Counted from the stretch's first letter, positions 25,978 through 39,025 are shown. The stretch: DNA of 64,000 nt from Octopus vulgaris (GCA_951406725.2 OX597819.1:96782001-96846000); one strand, 5' to 3'. Numbers and translations: made by a program. The notes: generated by a model not told the origin, from the letters alone.

Positions 25978-27828
25978 GTTGGTAGCTAGAACAATTAAGC
26001 TCTACGAAGTGATATATCTCCATTAACGCAGTAGGTTCAACAGTAACTATTATTCAGAATACGAAACCCGCAAACATTTAACGACACCTTCTCCAGTGTA
26101 TGCTCGCATACCAAGAAACTGGAGTTTTTCATCAGTAAAATCTTGTTGAAATAATAATGAAAAAAATATTGGTAAACTGAAGAGTCGTTTGCCAACATTC
26201 AAAATGGTCTCCCTTCCGGCAGGTCAATTAATGTCTTATTTTGAAATACTTTTGTATTGAAGAGAATAATAATCGATAAATGCCACTTCAAAAGAAAACA
26301 AAGAAATAAAGGAGCTTGTTCTTGTCCAACCCTAATAAAACAAAGCAACAACAATAATAGTACTCGCATTTGGTTCGAATCTACAAGATGGTTCCCATCT
26401 TGCGGATGTGACGTTTCATTTACCAACTAATTCTTAAAAGGATTTTTCTCTCTCTCCTTCAGGAAAATCGTTGTTGTTGTAATATTATAATGGATGCACT
26501 CACCAGCTGAGTCTAGGAAACTTCTATTACGATGATCATCTGCGTTAGTTTTATATCAATGATTCTGTCATCTCCATGGTAACCAACAGAACCACTGTCA
26601 TTATTAATTCTGCTGCCATAACTACCGGCTTTGTACATCTTGCTGTCATCACATGTCCTCGAAACCATTTTACACACACACAACATAGTCATAGAACTTC
26701 TTTCATATTAACGAAGCTTTGTAGCTCAGTAATATTACGCTTTGGTACACGTGTGTATCATACAATAACATTTAATATCGTATTGTACCACATATTGTGG
26801 TAACTTTTTGTTACAGCATAATACTACAAGACTGCATTACAGAATATAACGATAGATTTTTAGTCATTTGTAGAGTATATCGATAGATTTCACTGCTTGT
26901 GTAGACAAATATAAACTCCATGTTTAATATGCTATATATTCGTGAGGAGAAAAATAGGCATAATCCACATTACAATATATAACATATCACATAGTTGTTC
27001 TTTAATTATCAATGTAGCAAATAGTTTTTAAATATTCGTTTGATGGGAAAATGTGCTTAAAAGAGAATTCAAGAGGAAACGGAAATCATTGTTAACAGGC
27101 GTGAATTAACTAAATAAGTAAAATATTGATAATTATCTAACATAATTTTAGTTAGGTTCTTTGTGCAAATCGCGTCCATGTCGAATTTACCTTTCGTCTT
27201 TCCGCGATCGACTTAACACATACTAACCAAATATATACTGGATCGATTTAACCACTTCTATCAAAATTTTACAGTCTATGTCAGTATGCTAAATTTAGAT
27301 ATCATTATTATTACAGAAATATTATTAAGGAAATCATTATTGTCACGATGTGCTCTATTTCGGAATGCTAGTACATAGTTATATCCCTGACTCTGTACGT
27401 AGCTACTATAAGACATATATACATAGATATATGTATATGGTGTCGAAATCACGATTATATTTGATAGGTAGCTGACGAAAGAACTTCTTTGGTTGTAGTA
27501 CATATATTCTCATTTTCATGTCAAATGTCTTTGCTACTGTTCTTTTGGCTTTGGGACAATATATGATGTTATTACAGGAATATACAACTTTCTAAATAAC
27601 TATAACTTATCGAGGTCTTAACGGCTGATATGAAACATACATGTTGTCAAGTAGTAGGAGGGGGAAATTATATCATATATATATGTACATGTATGTATAC
27701 ATATTTGTGTTTATGTATATACATACATGCATAGATATACTCACACACACACAAACACAAATATATATACCAAATGATAAGAACAAAGAAAATTCCTTTA
27801 CTCATCTTTAATGGTTCGTTGCAATTGT

Positions 27829-27859
<31 letters not shown>

Positions 27860-27890
27860 GTGTGTGAGTGTGTGTGTGTATATGTGTGTG

Positions 27891-27937
<47 letters not shown>

Positions 27938-28869
27938 ATATTTACACGTGTGCGCACGTGTACACACACCGACACACAAATACCACGTTTCTTATTCGAC
28001 ATCCCGTTTTCTGTTTTTTTTTTCTCCTTCAGCTACTTCTACTAGTACTACTACTAATAATAATGCTAACGATAATAATTATGATAATAATAATGATAAC
28101 AACAACACCAACAATAACAAAACCAGTTCTATCTTTCTCTTCCTCATTTCCAACTTTTTTGCTTTCCTCTTCTCACTCCCCCTCTCTGCTCAGATCTCTA
28201 TTTCTCATACTATCGCCTCCTATTCTCACTTCTGTTTCTTCATTGCCTCTACAGCCCCACTGTATGTCTATACTTAATCTAATATATTTATAAGCCACAC
28301 GACAACCAGATGTCCACACTCCCACAAGACATGTCCTATCATTCATATATTAATCTAATTGGATTAACGCTATTGTGTTATGGAGTATGTAAACAGCTCG
28401 AACAGATTTAAGAGGCGATAACAACAAAGTGTAGAATTCCAAAGAATTCGTTGCTAAAATCACTTTGCTTTCACTGTACGTTTAATCTCTTCATCGGCTG
28501 AGATTAGTAAAAGAGAATTGAGCTCTATTAATACTCAGCTTTACAAAAGACCACTCAAATATATTCTGAGTTGCATTTTCAACACAAAGGTGAGCCGTAT
28601 ATTGAGTCAATTATTTCGCTCATAGTTAAGCCGTGTAATGTGTTAATTCCTTCTTAGCTTATGGCTGGCCTGTGTAATGAGTCACTTCCATAGCTGAGAC
28701 TGCTATATACTTTATCACTATTATAGCTGACAGTTGAGCTGTGAGTAGAGTCAGTTACTTTGCTGATATCTCTGCTAGGTACTGAATCAGCTTCCACCAT
28801 CTATCTTCTCTGCCCACTATTTCTAGGAGGGTTATGTGGGTAGAGTCCTTAGGTACCTCCTTCATAGGG

Positions 28870-29915
28870 TCCTAAAAGAAACAAGCATTTTAGATTTTCT
28901 GGCTGGATTCCCAAGCGTGATAAACTTCTCCAACTGTCTCATTTTTAGTTTATCCATTGTCTCCTGCTGATTTGATGGTTTGAAGAAACCGTCTAGCGAG
29001 TATTTTCTGTGCTTTCCTTTATTGTGCGATCACACCATCCACTCTGTTTCGTTCTCGAAATATCTCACTTCGAATATGATCTCGTAATGGCATTCCTAAC
29101 ATGGCTCTTTCCACGGACCTTTTGCGTCGTTGCCAATCTATGCTCTATCCTCTTCGTAATAGCCCACGTCTCAGTTGCGTATAATAGTGCAGGTAGGGCG
29201 GTGCTATCGAAGAGTCTGGTACCTATGGTATTGTCTTTGATATGAGTACATCTTTTATTGAGGTAAATGCCTCCCATCGTGCAATTATTCTCTTTGAGGT
29301 TTCAGCATCCATATTTCGGCTAATATAGTTCGTACTATAGTAGTACGACAAGCCACTCGAACACAGTTCATAGAACGAGCGAATGAATACAAGTTTCTTC
29401 TGTGCATCGCTTTTGTCGATTAAGAAAAAGCCTTTCATAGCGTCGAGTTGAATGCAGAGTTGAAATCCCTGGAAATGCAAGGTGTCGAGGCGCAATACAT
29501 CAAACTGCCAAGAGATGCGAACTCTGGATGCACAACAAATATAGCTTTGCTATCACCACCAGTGAGGTTTCCAATTGAGAAGGGTGTCCAGCAAGGGGAT
29601 ATCACTACTCCAAAGCTCTTTACCGCACGTCAAGAAATGTTCATCAGGGACATTAACTAGACAGAAAGCGTGAGCGTCAAAGACGAGCAACTAACACACT
29701 TCTGATTCGTAGATGACATTGTACTCATCGTTGAAACCACAGACTAGTTGCAAGCCATGCTGACAGAGCTAGGCACTCATAGCCTAGCAGTAGCCCTTGA
29801 AATGAACCGCATGAAAACAAAATATATGCGGCTGGAAGATGTAGCACAAGGCCCAGTTGAGGTGGGAAACGATGAAATCGAGAACGCAAAGGAGTTCGTC
29901 TACTTAAGGTACACA
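28870..29915 (-). mobile_element. RTE-clade LINE with 5' inversion (3' part minus ~28870-29340; RT core inverted on plus ~29345-29915)
   Basis: Plus: IERANEY..LCIAFVD.EKAF, KGVQQGD, FVDDIVL, EFVYL. Minus: NMDAETSKRI..WEAF, LPALLYATETW. Confidence 0.85.
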
Positions 29916-30444
29916 GTAGAATTAATATATATTACATATAACATGTAGTATATCATATACATCACTTTATATACATGTGAAACTCTACTGTATATCACAT
30001 ACATTCCTTTACTCATTGTTGATACTACACTCATCCTCTCATGAATATTCTAATCATTCTAATCTTGCTACTAGCTTCGCTAAGAAGATATAAAAGTCCA
30101 TTCCAAAAATTTGAAACAACTAATATTGTAAAAGTTATCTTTGTTGAATACTTACTTGTTCAGCTTCAAACACAACTAAAGAGAGCTTTGTTTTCAAACT
30201 ACTGCGATAACCTCTGCAGATTAAAAGATTCCTGTGCACTATTATGTATATTACGCTCAAGTGTGTTGCGCATGTGCGTGTGTATGTATATGCTTGTGTG
30301 TGTACATGTAGATGCATGCATTTTTGTGAGTGCGTGTGTGTGTCTGTATATGCGTGCGCGTACATGTTGGTGTGCGTGTGTGAGTGAGTGTATGTGTGTG
30401 TGTTTGGATTAAACAGAACAGCACAACAGAGACCACTTTTATAT

Positions 30445-30655
30445 TGGTTTCAAACCCTTGCATTAGGTCAGCAATTTCGGGGGAGCTAAGTCGATAACAT
30501 TGACCCCATTTATCAACTGGTACTTATTTTATCGACTCCAAAAGGATGAAATGCAAAGTCGACCTCAGCGAGATTTCATCTCAGAACATAAAGACAGACG
30601 AAATACCGCTGAGTATTTTCCCCGGCGTGGTGACGATTCTACCAGCTGGCCGCTT
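30445..30655 (-). mobile_element. Family-A SINE
   Basis: Core motif match. Confidence 0.85.
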
Positions 30656-30669
30656 TAGAGAAAGCTATT

Positions 30670-31060
30670 ATTGGGTTGTCCGGAAAGTCCGTGCCGATTT
30701 ATAGTAGCTTACCTTTCGACTTATTTTAGAACATGGTTGAGTCCATAAAATAGAATTTGACTACACCTCCATTCAGAGCACAGTTTAAACTATCTCTTCG
30801 TGGAAGAAGGTTTATGTTCCTATAACCTGTGTTAATTCTGTAGCCCTTTAAAATGGAAGATAAGAAAGTTCATTTTCGGCTCTTGATGCTTTTCTTTTTC
30901 CGTAAAGGGAATAATGCCTCACAAGCAACCAAAGAAATATGCGCAGTTTACAGTGATGTTTCTTTATCCGAAAGAACTGTACGGAAGTGGTTCGCAAGGT
31001 TCCGAGCTGGAGATTGTATCTTTATTGATAAAGAGCGATCGAGGTGGCATACAGTGCGCA
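30670..31060 (+). mobile_element. mariner transposon 5' end (TIR + transposase N-terminal HTH), mellifera-subfamily-like
   Basis: TA + TTGGGTTGTCCGGAAAGTCCGTGCCGATTT; MEDKKVHFRLLMLFFFRKGNNASQATKEICAVY...SERTVRKWFARFRAGD. Confidence 0.92.
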
Positions 31061-31210
31061 TCCATCTTGTCCCATAGCAGCAGTCCGACTAATGCTTTAT
31101 GAAAAAACTTGGTCTGTATATACACACACGCACACACATACACATGTATGTGTGTGTATATATATACATAAATACATATATATATACATACATACATATA
31201 TATACATATA

Positions 31211-31372
31211 GGCGCAGGAGTGGCTGTGTGGTAAGTAGCTTGTTTACTAACCACATGGTTCCGGGTTCAGTCCCACTGCGTGGCACCTTGGGCAAGTGTC
31301 TTCTTCTATAGCCTCGGGCCAACCAAAACCTTGTGAGTGGATTTGGTAGACGGAAACTGAAAGAAGCCCGTC

Positions 31373-31419
<47 letters not shown>

Positions 31420-31636
31420 TGTGTCTGTTTGTGTGTCTGTGTTTGTCCCCCTAGCATTGCTTGACAACCGATGCTGGTGTGTTTATGTCCCCGTTACTTA
31501 GCGGTTCGGCAAAAGAGACCGATAGAATAAGTACTGGGCTTACAATAGAATAAGTTCCGGGGTCGAGTTGCTCGATTAAAGGCGGTGCTCCAGCATAGCC
31601 GCAGTCAAATGACTGAAACAAGTAAAAGAGTAAAGA

Positions 31637-31637
<1 letters not shown>
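31211..31637 (+). mobile_element. Full-length family-B tRNA-derived CORE-like SINE with internal microsatellite
   Basis: GGCGCAGGAGTGGCTGTGTGGTAAG...GGTTCAGTCCC...ACCTTGGGCAAGTG; tail agtaaaagagtaaaga. Confidence 0.92.
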
Positions 31638-31673
<36 letters not shown>

Positions 31674-31681
31674 GAAAAGCG

Positions 31682-32260
31682 CCACTTGGTTCTCAGCGCT
31701 GGGAGAAAAGCGCCACTTGGTTCTCAGACTATGAAGCCGTCTTTCAAACAGAGCACGCCTCCAACAACCCTTTCCAGAAAATAAGAAAACCAAAACAACA
31801 CCCAAACACCGATACACACCCGTCTAAAAATCGGAACCTTCACTACTATCAAAAAAAGAATACAGGACCTAACCCCAACTCTGTAAGCAGCCAGCGATAC
31901 AATATCAGGAATACCCCCACTTCAAGCAGAGAAAGGATAAATCAACACCCACAGCATAGACACTGCAACCTCATCCCCACCCAAAGGAGTTACCAACGAA
32001 ATCTTCGTCCCATTAACCGGTTAAACAACCATGCACAACAAACCCACACCACTTGCAATGATTACCAACGAAGGCCTCCTAGAACACCACACCCGAATAT
32101 GGGATATCGGGATGCTCTCCTCAATACTGCTCCAAGAACACACACCACAAATCACAACAGGAGACCCCTAATCAACAAAGAACAACTATATACTAGCTAC
32201 CGTCCCAACCACCGCATTCATTTTTTAGACCCAATACGCAAACACAGAGACACAAGATAG
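31682..32260 (+). CDS. 5'-truncated upstream ORF (ORF1-like, N/P/R/H-rich) of the PLE, not in ORF track
   Basis: ~193 stop-free codons ending ...MGYRDALLN...RIHFLDPIRKHRDTR*; overlaps pol, which lies in the -1 frame. Confidence 0.65.
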   Translation, partial: PLGSQRWEKSATWFSDYEAVFQTEHASNNPFQKIRKPKQHPNTDTHPSKNRNLHYYQKKNTGPNPNSVSSQRYNIRNTPTSSRERINQHPQHRHCNLIPTQRSYQRNLRPINRLNNHAQQTHTTCNDYQRRPPRTPHPNMGYRDALLNTAPRTHTTNHNRRPLINKEQLYTSYRPNHRIHFLDPIRKHRDTR

Positions 32261-34549
32261 CACCAAACAAGCAGGAGGAACCAAAAGTAATAAAAATTAT
32301 TAATCTAACTCACAAGGAACTAACAGCAAACCAAATAAACATACTTTCCAAAGGACTCAAGTTTACACCCACCCCACAACACCCCAACTACAATGAAATG
32401 AAAGAAGACATCGCAGAATTCTGCAGAAAATTAAGACTTACTGAGGAGCTATACGATAAATACAACGAGGACGAATCGTTAGCCAGAAATAGGAGTAACT
32501 ACACCCCTCGAAAGGTAAGAATAAAACACTTGATGATTTCTGTGACCACATATCAAATTACCCATATCAACATATGCACAAACAAAAACACAAACCAAAC
32601 TTCAGCAAAAAAGAATGGGCTGAGTTGAACAAATTAAAACTAGATAAAACAATAACAATCAAAGAGGCCGATAAAGGGAGTGCTGTTGTCTTAATGGATA
32701 CGACATTTTACATAACTTTGGTACTTTCTATGCTGGAAGACACAAGATACTATGAAAAGGCACAAAACTACAGTCAACAAAAAATAATGAGGGAACTAAA
32801 ATCCATATTAAACCCATACAAAGCAGGGCTCACCGACAAAGAATATGATTATATGACCAATTTCACAAGTAAAACTAGCCAATTCTACGGTATACCTAAG
32901 ATCCACAAAAGTGAAAAAATAAGCAACGCATGCAAGATAGCTACAGACAAAATAATTAAAGTCCCTAATCCTAATGACCTCAAATTGAGACCCATAATAG
33001 CAGGTCCCGCATGCGAAACCCACCGCCTCAGTAACTTTTTAGACACCCTGTTAAAACCACTCCTCAAACATGTCAAAAGCTATATAAGGGACGACTTAGA
33101 TATGCTCAATCACCTACCGAATACTATAAACAAAAACACCATACTGGTATCCTTCGATGTAGTCAACCTCTACTCCAATATCCCCCACAACCTAGGACTA
33201 GAGGCAATCCAATTCTGGCTAGAGAATCACGCCAACGAACTACCACACCGCATCAAAAAAGAATTTGTGATAGAAGGGGTTAAATTCATCCTGGAAAATA
33301 ACTTCTTCGCCTTCAATGACAACTTCTACCGACAAAAATCGGGGACTGCGATGGGTACACGAATGGCCCCCTCCTTTGCCAACCTAGTCATAGGATACCT
33401 AGAGATCAGTCTGTATCGTAAGGTTCTAGAAAGATATGGCAGCCCTTTCTCCATCTACATAGAAAACAACTGGAAGAGATATCTAGATGACTGTTTCATC
33501 CTTTGGCATAAAAATATAGAAAAACTCATAGAATTCCAGAAAATTTTAAACGGACTGGACGTAAACATCCAATTCACGATGGAATATAGCCAACAACAAC
33601 TCCCCTTCCTCGATATCCTCATTAAGAAAGCTAATAATATAATAGAAACAGACATATACTATAAGCCTACAGACTCTAAGCAATATCTTCCATTCAATTC
33701 ATGCCACCCCAGACACACCAGGATGAATATCCCCTTCAATCTAGCAAAAAGGATATGCACTATAGTCTCTAACGCAAACACCAGAGACACACGACTACAA
33801 GAACTAAAAGATACCCTAATCACCAGGAACTATCCACCTTCACTTATTGACAAGTGCATTCAACGTGCCCTTCAACTTAACATCAAGGAACTGAGACATC
33901 CCAAATCAAAGAAAAACTTACAACCAAAAGCCTTACCATACATCTCCACACACAACCCTCTCAATAACGAAGCCTTCGACACCATCCTCCACAACATACC
34001 CCTCCTAAAAAAAGACCACAGAATGAACACAATCCTCCAAACACACACGATCATAAAAAGCAAAAGACAGCCTAGATCCATGAAAAGTCTCCTTACACAA
34101 GCCCGAATTCACTCTTCAACACAGAAGCCGACAGTAAAAAAATGTGGAAGACCCAATTGCGGGATATGCGACTATCTAATCGAGGGTTCGGAGTTCTCCT
34201 TCAAACAGGGACAACGGTTTACAGTGAAAAGCAACTTCACATGTGCTTCGGAGAACCTAATATACTCACTAACCTGCTCCGGGTGTCAAGAGCAGTACAT
34301 AGGCCAAACAAAAAATGGTTTGCGTAAACGAATGGCCCTGCACAGATCCCAGATAAAATTCCCCAAAACAGAAAAATAGCTTTTAGCCAACACATAGATA
34401 CTTGCGCCAACAAAAAAACACCAAACTTCAGAATTTTCCCCCTCTACCAATTTAGGGACGATACAACCTCGAGACAAAGAATAAGTAAAGAAAATCTCTT
34501 TATTACAAAATACAAGCCACTTCTTAACGGGTCTACGACAAACAATTAA
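32221..34549 (+). CDS. PLE reverse transcriptase + CxxxxCxxC linker + C-terminal GIY-YIG endonuclease; two 1-nt frameshifts (~32510, ~34365)
   Basis: INLT...LSKGLKFTPTP, ADKG, FYGIPKIHK, LRPII, SFDVVNLYSNI, GTAMGT, RYLDD, LPFLD, CGRPNCGIC, LIYSLTCSGC..YIGQT; after the shift SQHIDTC...KENLFITKYKPLLN*. Confidence 0.95.
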
Positions 34550-34679
34550 TATACCTCAACTTTAGAATAAAAGAAAAAAATATATATACACACACAAATA
34601 CTACACTCCATAGAATCCATTACTAATCAGCCCCTTCATAGCTATATTTACACCCATTCATATTCTCCCTTCTCTGTTT

Positions 34680-34968
34680 TTTTCTTCTTCTTCTTCTTCA
34701 TCATCATCGTTATCATCATCATCGGCGTCATCATCATCACCACCATCTTCTCCTTCTCCTTCTTCTTCTTCTTCTTCTTCTTCTTCTTCTTCTTCTTCTT
34801 CTTCTTCTTCTTCTTCTTCTTCTTCTTCTTCTTCTTCTTCTTCTTCTTCTTCATCATCGTTATCATCATCATCGTCGTCATAATCATCACCACCATCACC
34901 ATCATCTTCTCCTTCTCCTTCTTCTTCTTCTTCTTCTTCTTCTTCTTCTTCTTCTTCTTCTTCTTCTC
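34680..34968. repeat. (CTT)n/(CAT)n compound repeat in the PLE 3' UTR
   Basis: Direct reading. Confidence 0.95.
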
Positions 34969-35296
34969 CACCCCCTACCCCTTAAGTTTGTCACTAATGT
35001 TTTTTAGTATAACACCTACGCTAATTCTATAAACAATCCTGAATTGAACTGAGACTGCCAACCGCCACTGACCATTCAAAATACGACCATCAGGGCACTC
35101 CCAGATTCTCCCACCCCCTTTCCTCACCAGCCTTCCCTCTACTACCCTACCAAGAACTCACAACTACCTCGAACACACAAGTGCAAACAAGGGAGTCAGA
35201 GAAAGGCAGAATGCCACTTAAATCTGAACACTACTATAGAAATATTCTTTTAAAAAAACTTTTCTTCTAATTTTTCTAAATTTAATTATTTAATCG

Positions 35297-35340
35297 TTAC
35301 AGTTGAAAAGGTCTCAAAATGACCGAAACCGGTACTGAAA
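35297..35340 (+). ncRNA. Minimal type-I hammerhead ribozyme, U3-A8 variant
   Basis: CAG-TTGAAAA-GGTC tcaaaat GACC-GAAA-CCGG-TA-CTG; palindromic ACCGGT stem III; predicted cleavage after A35334. Confidence 0.8.
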
Positions 35341-35390
35341 TGTTCACTATAAAATTATTTTAGCATTTTCTATTTTTTACTTGTTTTTTC

Positions 35391-35633
<243 letters not shown>

Positions 35634-35970
35634 TCTTAGCGACAGATGTGTAGATACTGATAAAGGTCTCTTGAATATTACAATACAATCATTAAAAAAT
35701 GTAACCATGTAATAGAAATAAGATTTATTCTAGAATTTCAGTATTGTTATTCAATCATTACTTTGTTCAACCATTATTCTCTATATCATTTTAAAAACAA
35801 TAAATAAAGCAATAATAATATTAATCGTTATTTCTTTTATTCGCCTCAAGGGTGGAAAATAGGAGGAATTACAAGGACAAATTATAAAATCCATAGGGGC
35901 TTCAACAGAAATCGATTATGAAAAATTAAAAAAGAAAAAAACAAGCATACAAAACAACAACCATTACTGC

Positions 35971-36048
<78 letters not shown>

Positions 36049-36130
36049 GATAAAGATAAAGATAATAATAATAATAATAATAATAATAAAGACAAAGATA
36101 ATAATAATAATAATAAAGATAAAGATAAAG

Positions 36131-36183
<53 letters not shown>

Positions 36184-36196
36184 GATAAAGATAAAG

Positions 36197-36231
<35 letters not shown>

Positions 36232-36271
36232 GACAAAGATAATAATAATAATAATAAAGATAAAGATAAAG

Positions 36272-36360
<89 letters not shown>
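35971..36360. repeat. (AAT)n with periodic AAAGAT units (higher-order repeat)
   Basis: Direct reading. Confidence 0.95.
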
Positions 36361-36362
<2 letters not shown>

Positions 36363-36847
36363 GAATATTCGAATCAAACTGTTCTGTTTAATAAAAGCAA
36401 CCATTCAATGGAGAGAAATGAATTTCGCTCCTAGATGTCCAGCAATTGACGATGTTATTATATCTATTCACGACTGAAATAGTACGCTTATGTATAAGAG
36501 AGACAGTATGATTAGAAATACCAACAAAATATGTCTGGTGTCATTTTCGGATCGTGGATTCTATTGGGGTTTTTTTTGTCCAAATTAAGAAATTTTGAGC
36601 TGACGAAAGAAATGCTGATTTTACTTGGCTAATCTTGAAACGTTGACGTACTCAAACGATCTATGTACTTGTGATATTTTTCTGTATTTACCTCCAAACC
36701 TTCGTGAGCTGTCTGGAGTAAACATTATCTAAGAGAAATTTTCTTTAAGTAGTAGAAATGGCTAAAAAAATTAATTTTTTTGGCTGCTATTTCTACTAAG
36801 TTCAGTATGTGGCAAAGTAATTTATTTTACTAAGCCCTAATTATATA

Positions 36848-36897
<50 letters not shown>

Positions 36898-36901
<4 letters not shown>

Positions 36902-37106
36902 GTAATCACTCGACTACCGCGGGTGTTATGTTCCAAAACCCCCCGCAATAGGTGAAAATCCACGAAGTAGAAACAGTACTGTACTGTCTATTTTTTTCAT
37001 TATATTTATAATTTGTATATATTTATTTTATAATAAATGAAAATCAACACCACGGAGGAATCGACATAAGCTTAAATAATAAACCGCGATAACTGAACCG
37101 GGATTA

Positions 37107-37109
<3 letters not shown>
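36898..37109. mobile_element. Tigger/pogo-like MITE
   Basis: TA|CAG(AG)TAATC...GGGATTACTG|TA; subterminal sequence related to the 49318 element. Confidence 0.8.
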
Positions 37110-37159
<50 letters not shown>

Positions 37160-37160
<1 letters not shown>

Positions 37161-38047
37161 TAGCTTAAGGTGACCCGCTCTATGCGCGGGTGAGGGTGTG
37201 GTTGTTACTTTCTGTTGCTTCCTTTCTGTTTCTTATCGCCACATTCTCCCTCACTTTCTCTTACTCTCTATCTTTCTCTATCTATCTCTCTCCCATTTAT
37301 AAAAAACAAAAGTTCTTGAGTAAGCTGAGAAAGAAAATATTTTGAAAGATCAATCATAAATATCAGGCAGAGACTACGGAAAGCACACTTACCTTTTGTA
37401 CGTGCCACTATTTGAGCGATTAAAAATAAGGGAAAGAAAGGATTTCTTTGTTAAATTTAGTACTTATTTTGGGAATTTTTCGACGATTGACCATGGAAAT
37501 GAAAGCTCTAAACACGGGCTAAATGCAACTGTAAATTTCTTTCAGAAAAAATGAAAACTGTAAACAATAAAAAATAAAAGGCAAAAATACGTAAAAATGA
37601 GAAATTTTTTTCAACTTCAAAAATCTTGCCTTAATTTTCATAATTTCGAATCCATTTTCCGCGTTTAAATTACAAATCCGCTTCCACTTTACCATGTTGA
37701 AAATTTGATTGAAATCGGGCAAAAGGTGTTCAATCTAGACCCACAAGTAACCCCCAAAGTCAATAAAATCCCCGTTTTCACAGCAAAGCAAGCACTGTAG
37801 CGCCCCAAAACGTCTCCCAATCACATTTCTCTAGATTAAATTAGACGCCAATCGCGCCAATCTGGAGGGCTTAGGGCCCCCTTGAATTCCAGATGGCGAG
37901 TTTTAACCTACTCAACTCTCTGCCTCATCACATCTTCTATGCCTGTGTCAATTTTCAACTCGATCCAACCACTGGTCTGGCCACCAACCTCTGACGTAGC
38001 AAAACGTGCACACAATTTTGATCCAAAGCCTCTTTTATATCTATAGA
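37160..38047 (-). mobile_element. Non-autonomous Helitron
   Basis: Minus strand begins A|TCTATAGATATAAAAG and ends CTAG|T, with GC hairpin ACCCGC-7nt-GCGGGT (37173-37191) just before CTAG; no TSD. Confidence 0.9.
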
Positions 38048-38058
38048 TATATATACGT

Positions 38059-38141
<83 letters not shown>

Positions 38142-38160
38142 TATATATATATACATATAC

Positions 38161-38191
<31 letters not shown>

Positions 38192-38390
38192 CATATACAT
38201 ATATATATATGTACATACGTACATACATACATACATACATACATACATACGTACATACATACATACATACGTATATACATACATACATACGTATATACAT
38301 ACATACATACCTACATACATACATACATACATACATACATACATACATACATACATACATACATACATACATACATACATGCATATATAT
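38048..38390. repeat. (AT)n/(TACA)n microsatellites
   Basis: Direct reading. Confidence 0.95.
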
Positions 38391-38787
38391 TAAAAATAAG
38401 GATTAGACCGAAGTAACAACGGCATTACCTTTAATTCTATAATCATATACTGCACCCTTTTATAGTAGGGTTGCAACTGCAACGATTACAAATCGGTGCA
38501 ATTGAAACATGTGTCGGTCTTAAAAAGCAGAATATAATTATAGATTTAAAGGTGATGCTATTGCTACTTCGGTAATGCTATTGCTGATAATATTTATACT
38601 CCAGGAAACCTATATAGTTAAGAAAATATATTCGGAAAGAATTATCCAACGGATTATTCAGCTAATTTCTTATCTTATAAGAACTTTATTGGATTTATAT
38701 GCTAAATGTTGAATAACATATTTTGAGAGCAAACTAGTAATCGTTTTGGGGTAATTCCTTACTTTTTTGCATACATGCATACATACA

Positions 38788-38943
<156 letters not shown>

Positions 38944-38992
38944 TATATATATATTCACTAACACATACTGTATACATTCATATATATATATA

Positions 38993-39025
<33 letters not shown>

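Larger units (their letters stand above)
31672..35390 (+). mobile_element. Near-complete Neptune-clade Penelope-like retroelement (family A)
   Basis: Upstream ORF, pol ORF, microsatellite-containing 3' UTR, terminal hammerhead; bounded by (TA)n on both sides. Confidence 0.95.

Noticed and set aside
35655-35685. CTGATAAAGG...CTTGAA as a hammerhead
   Set aside because: Core incomplete and no stem I/III
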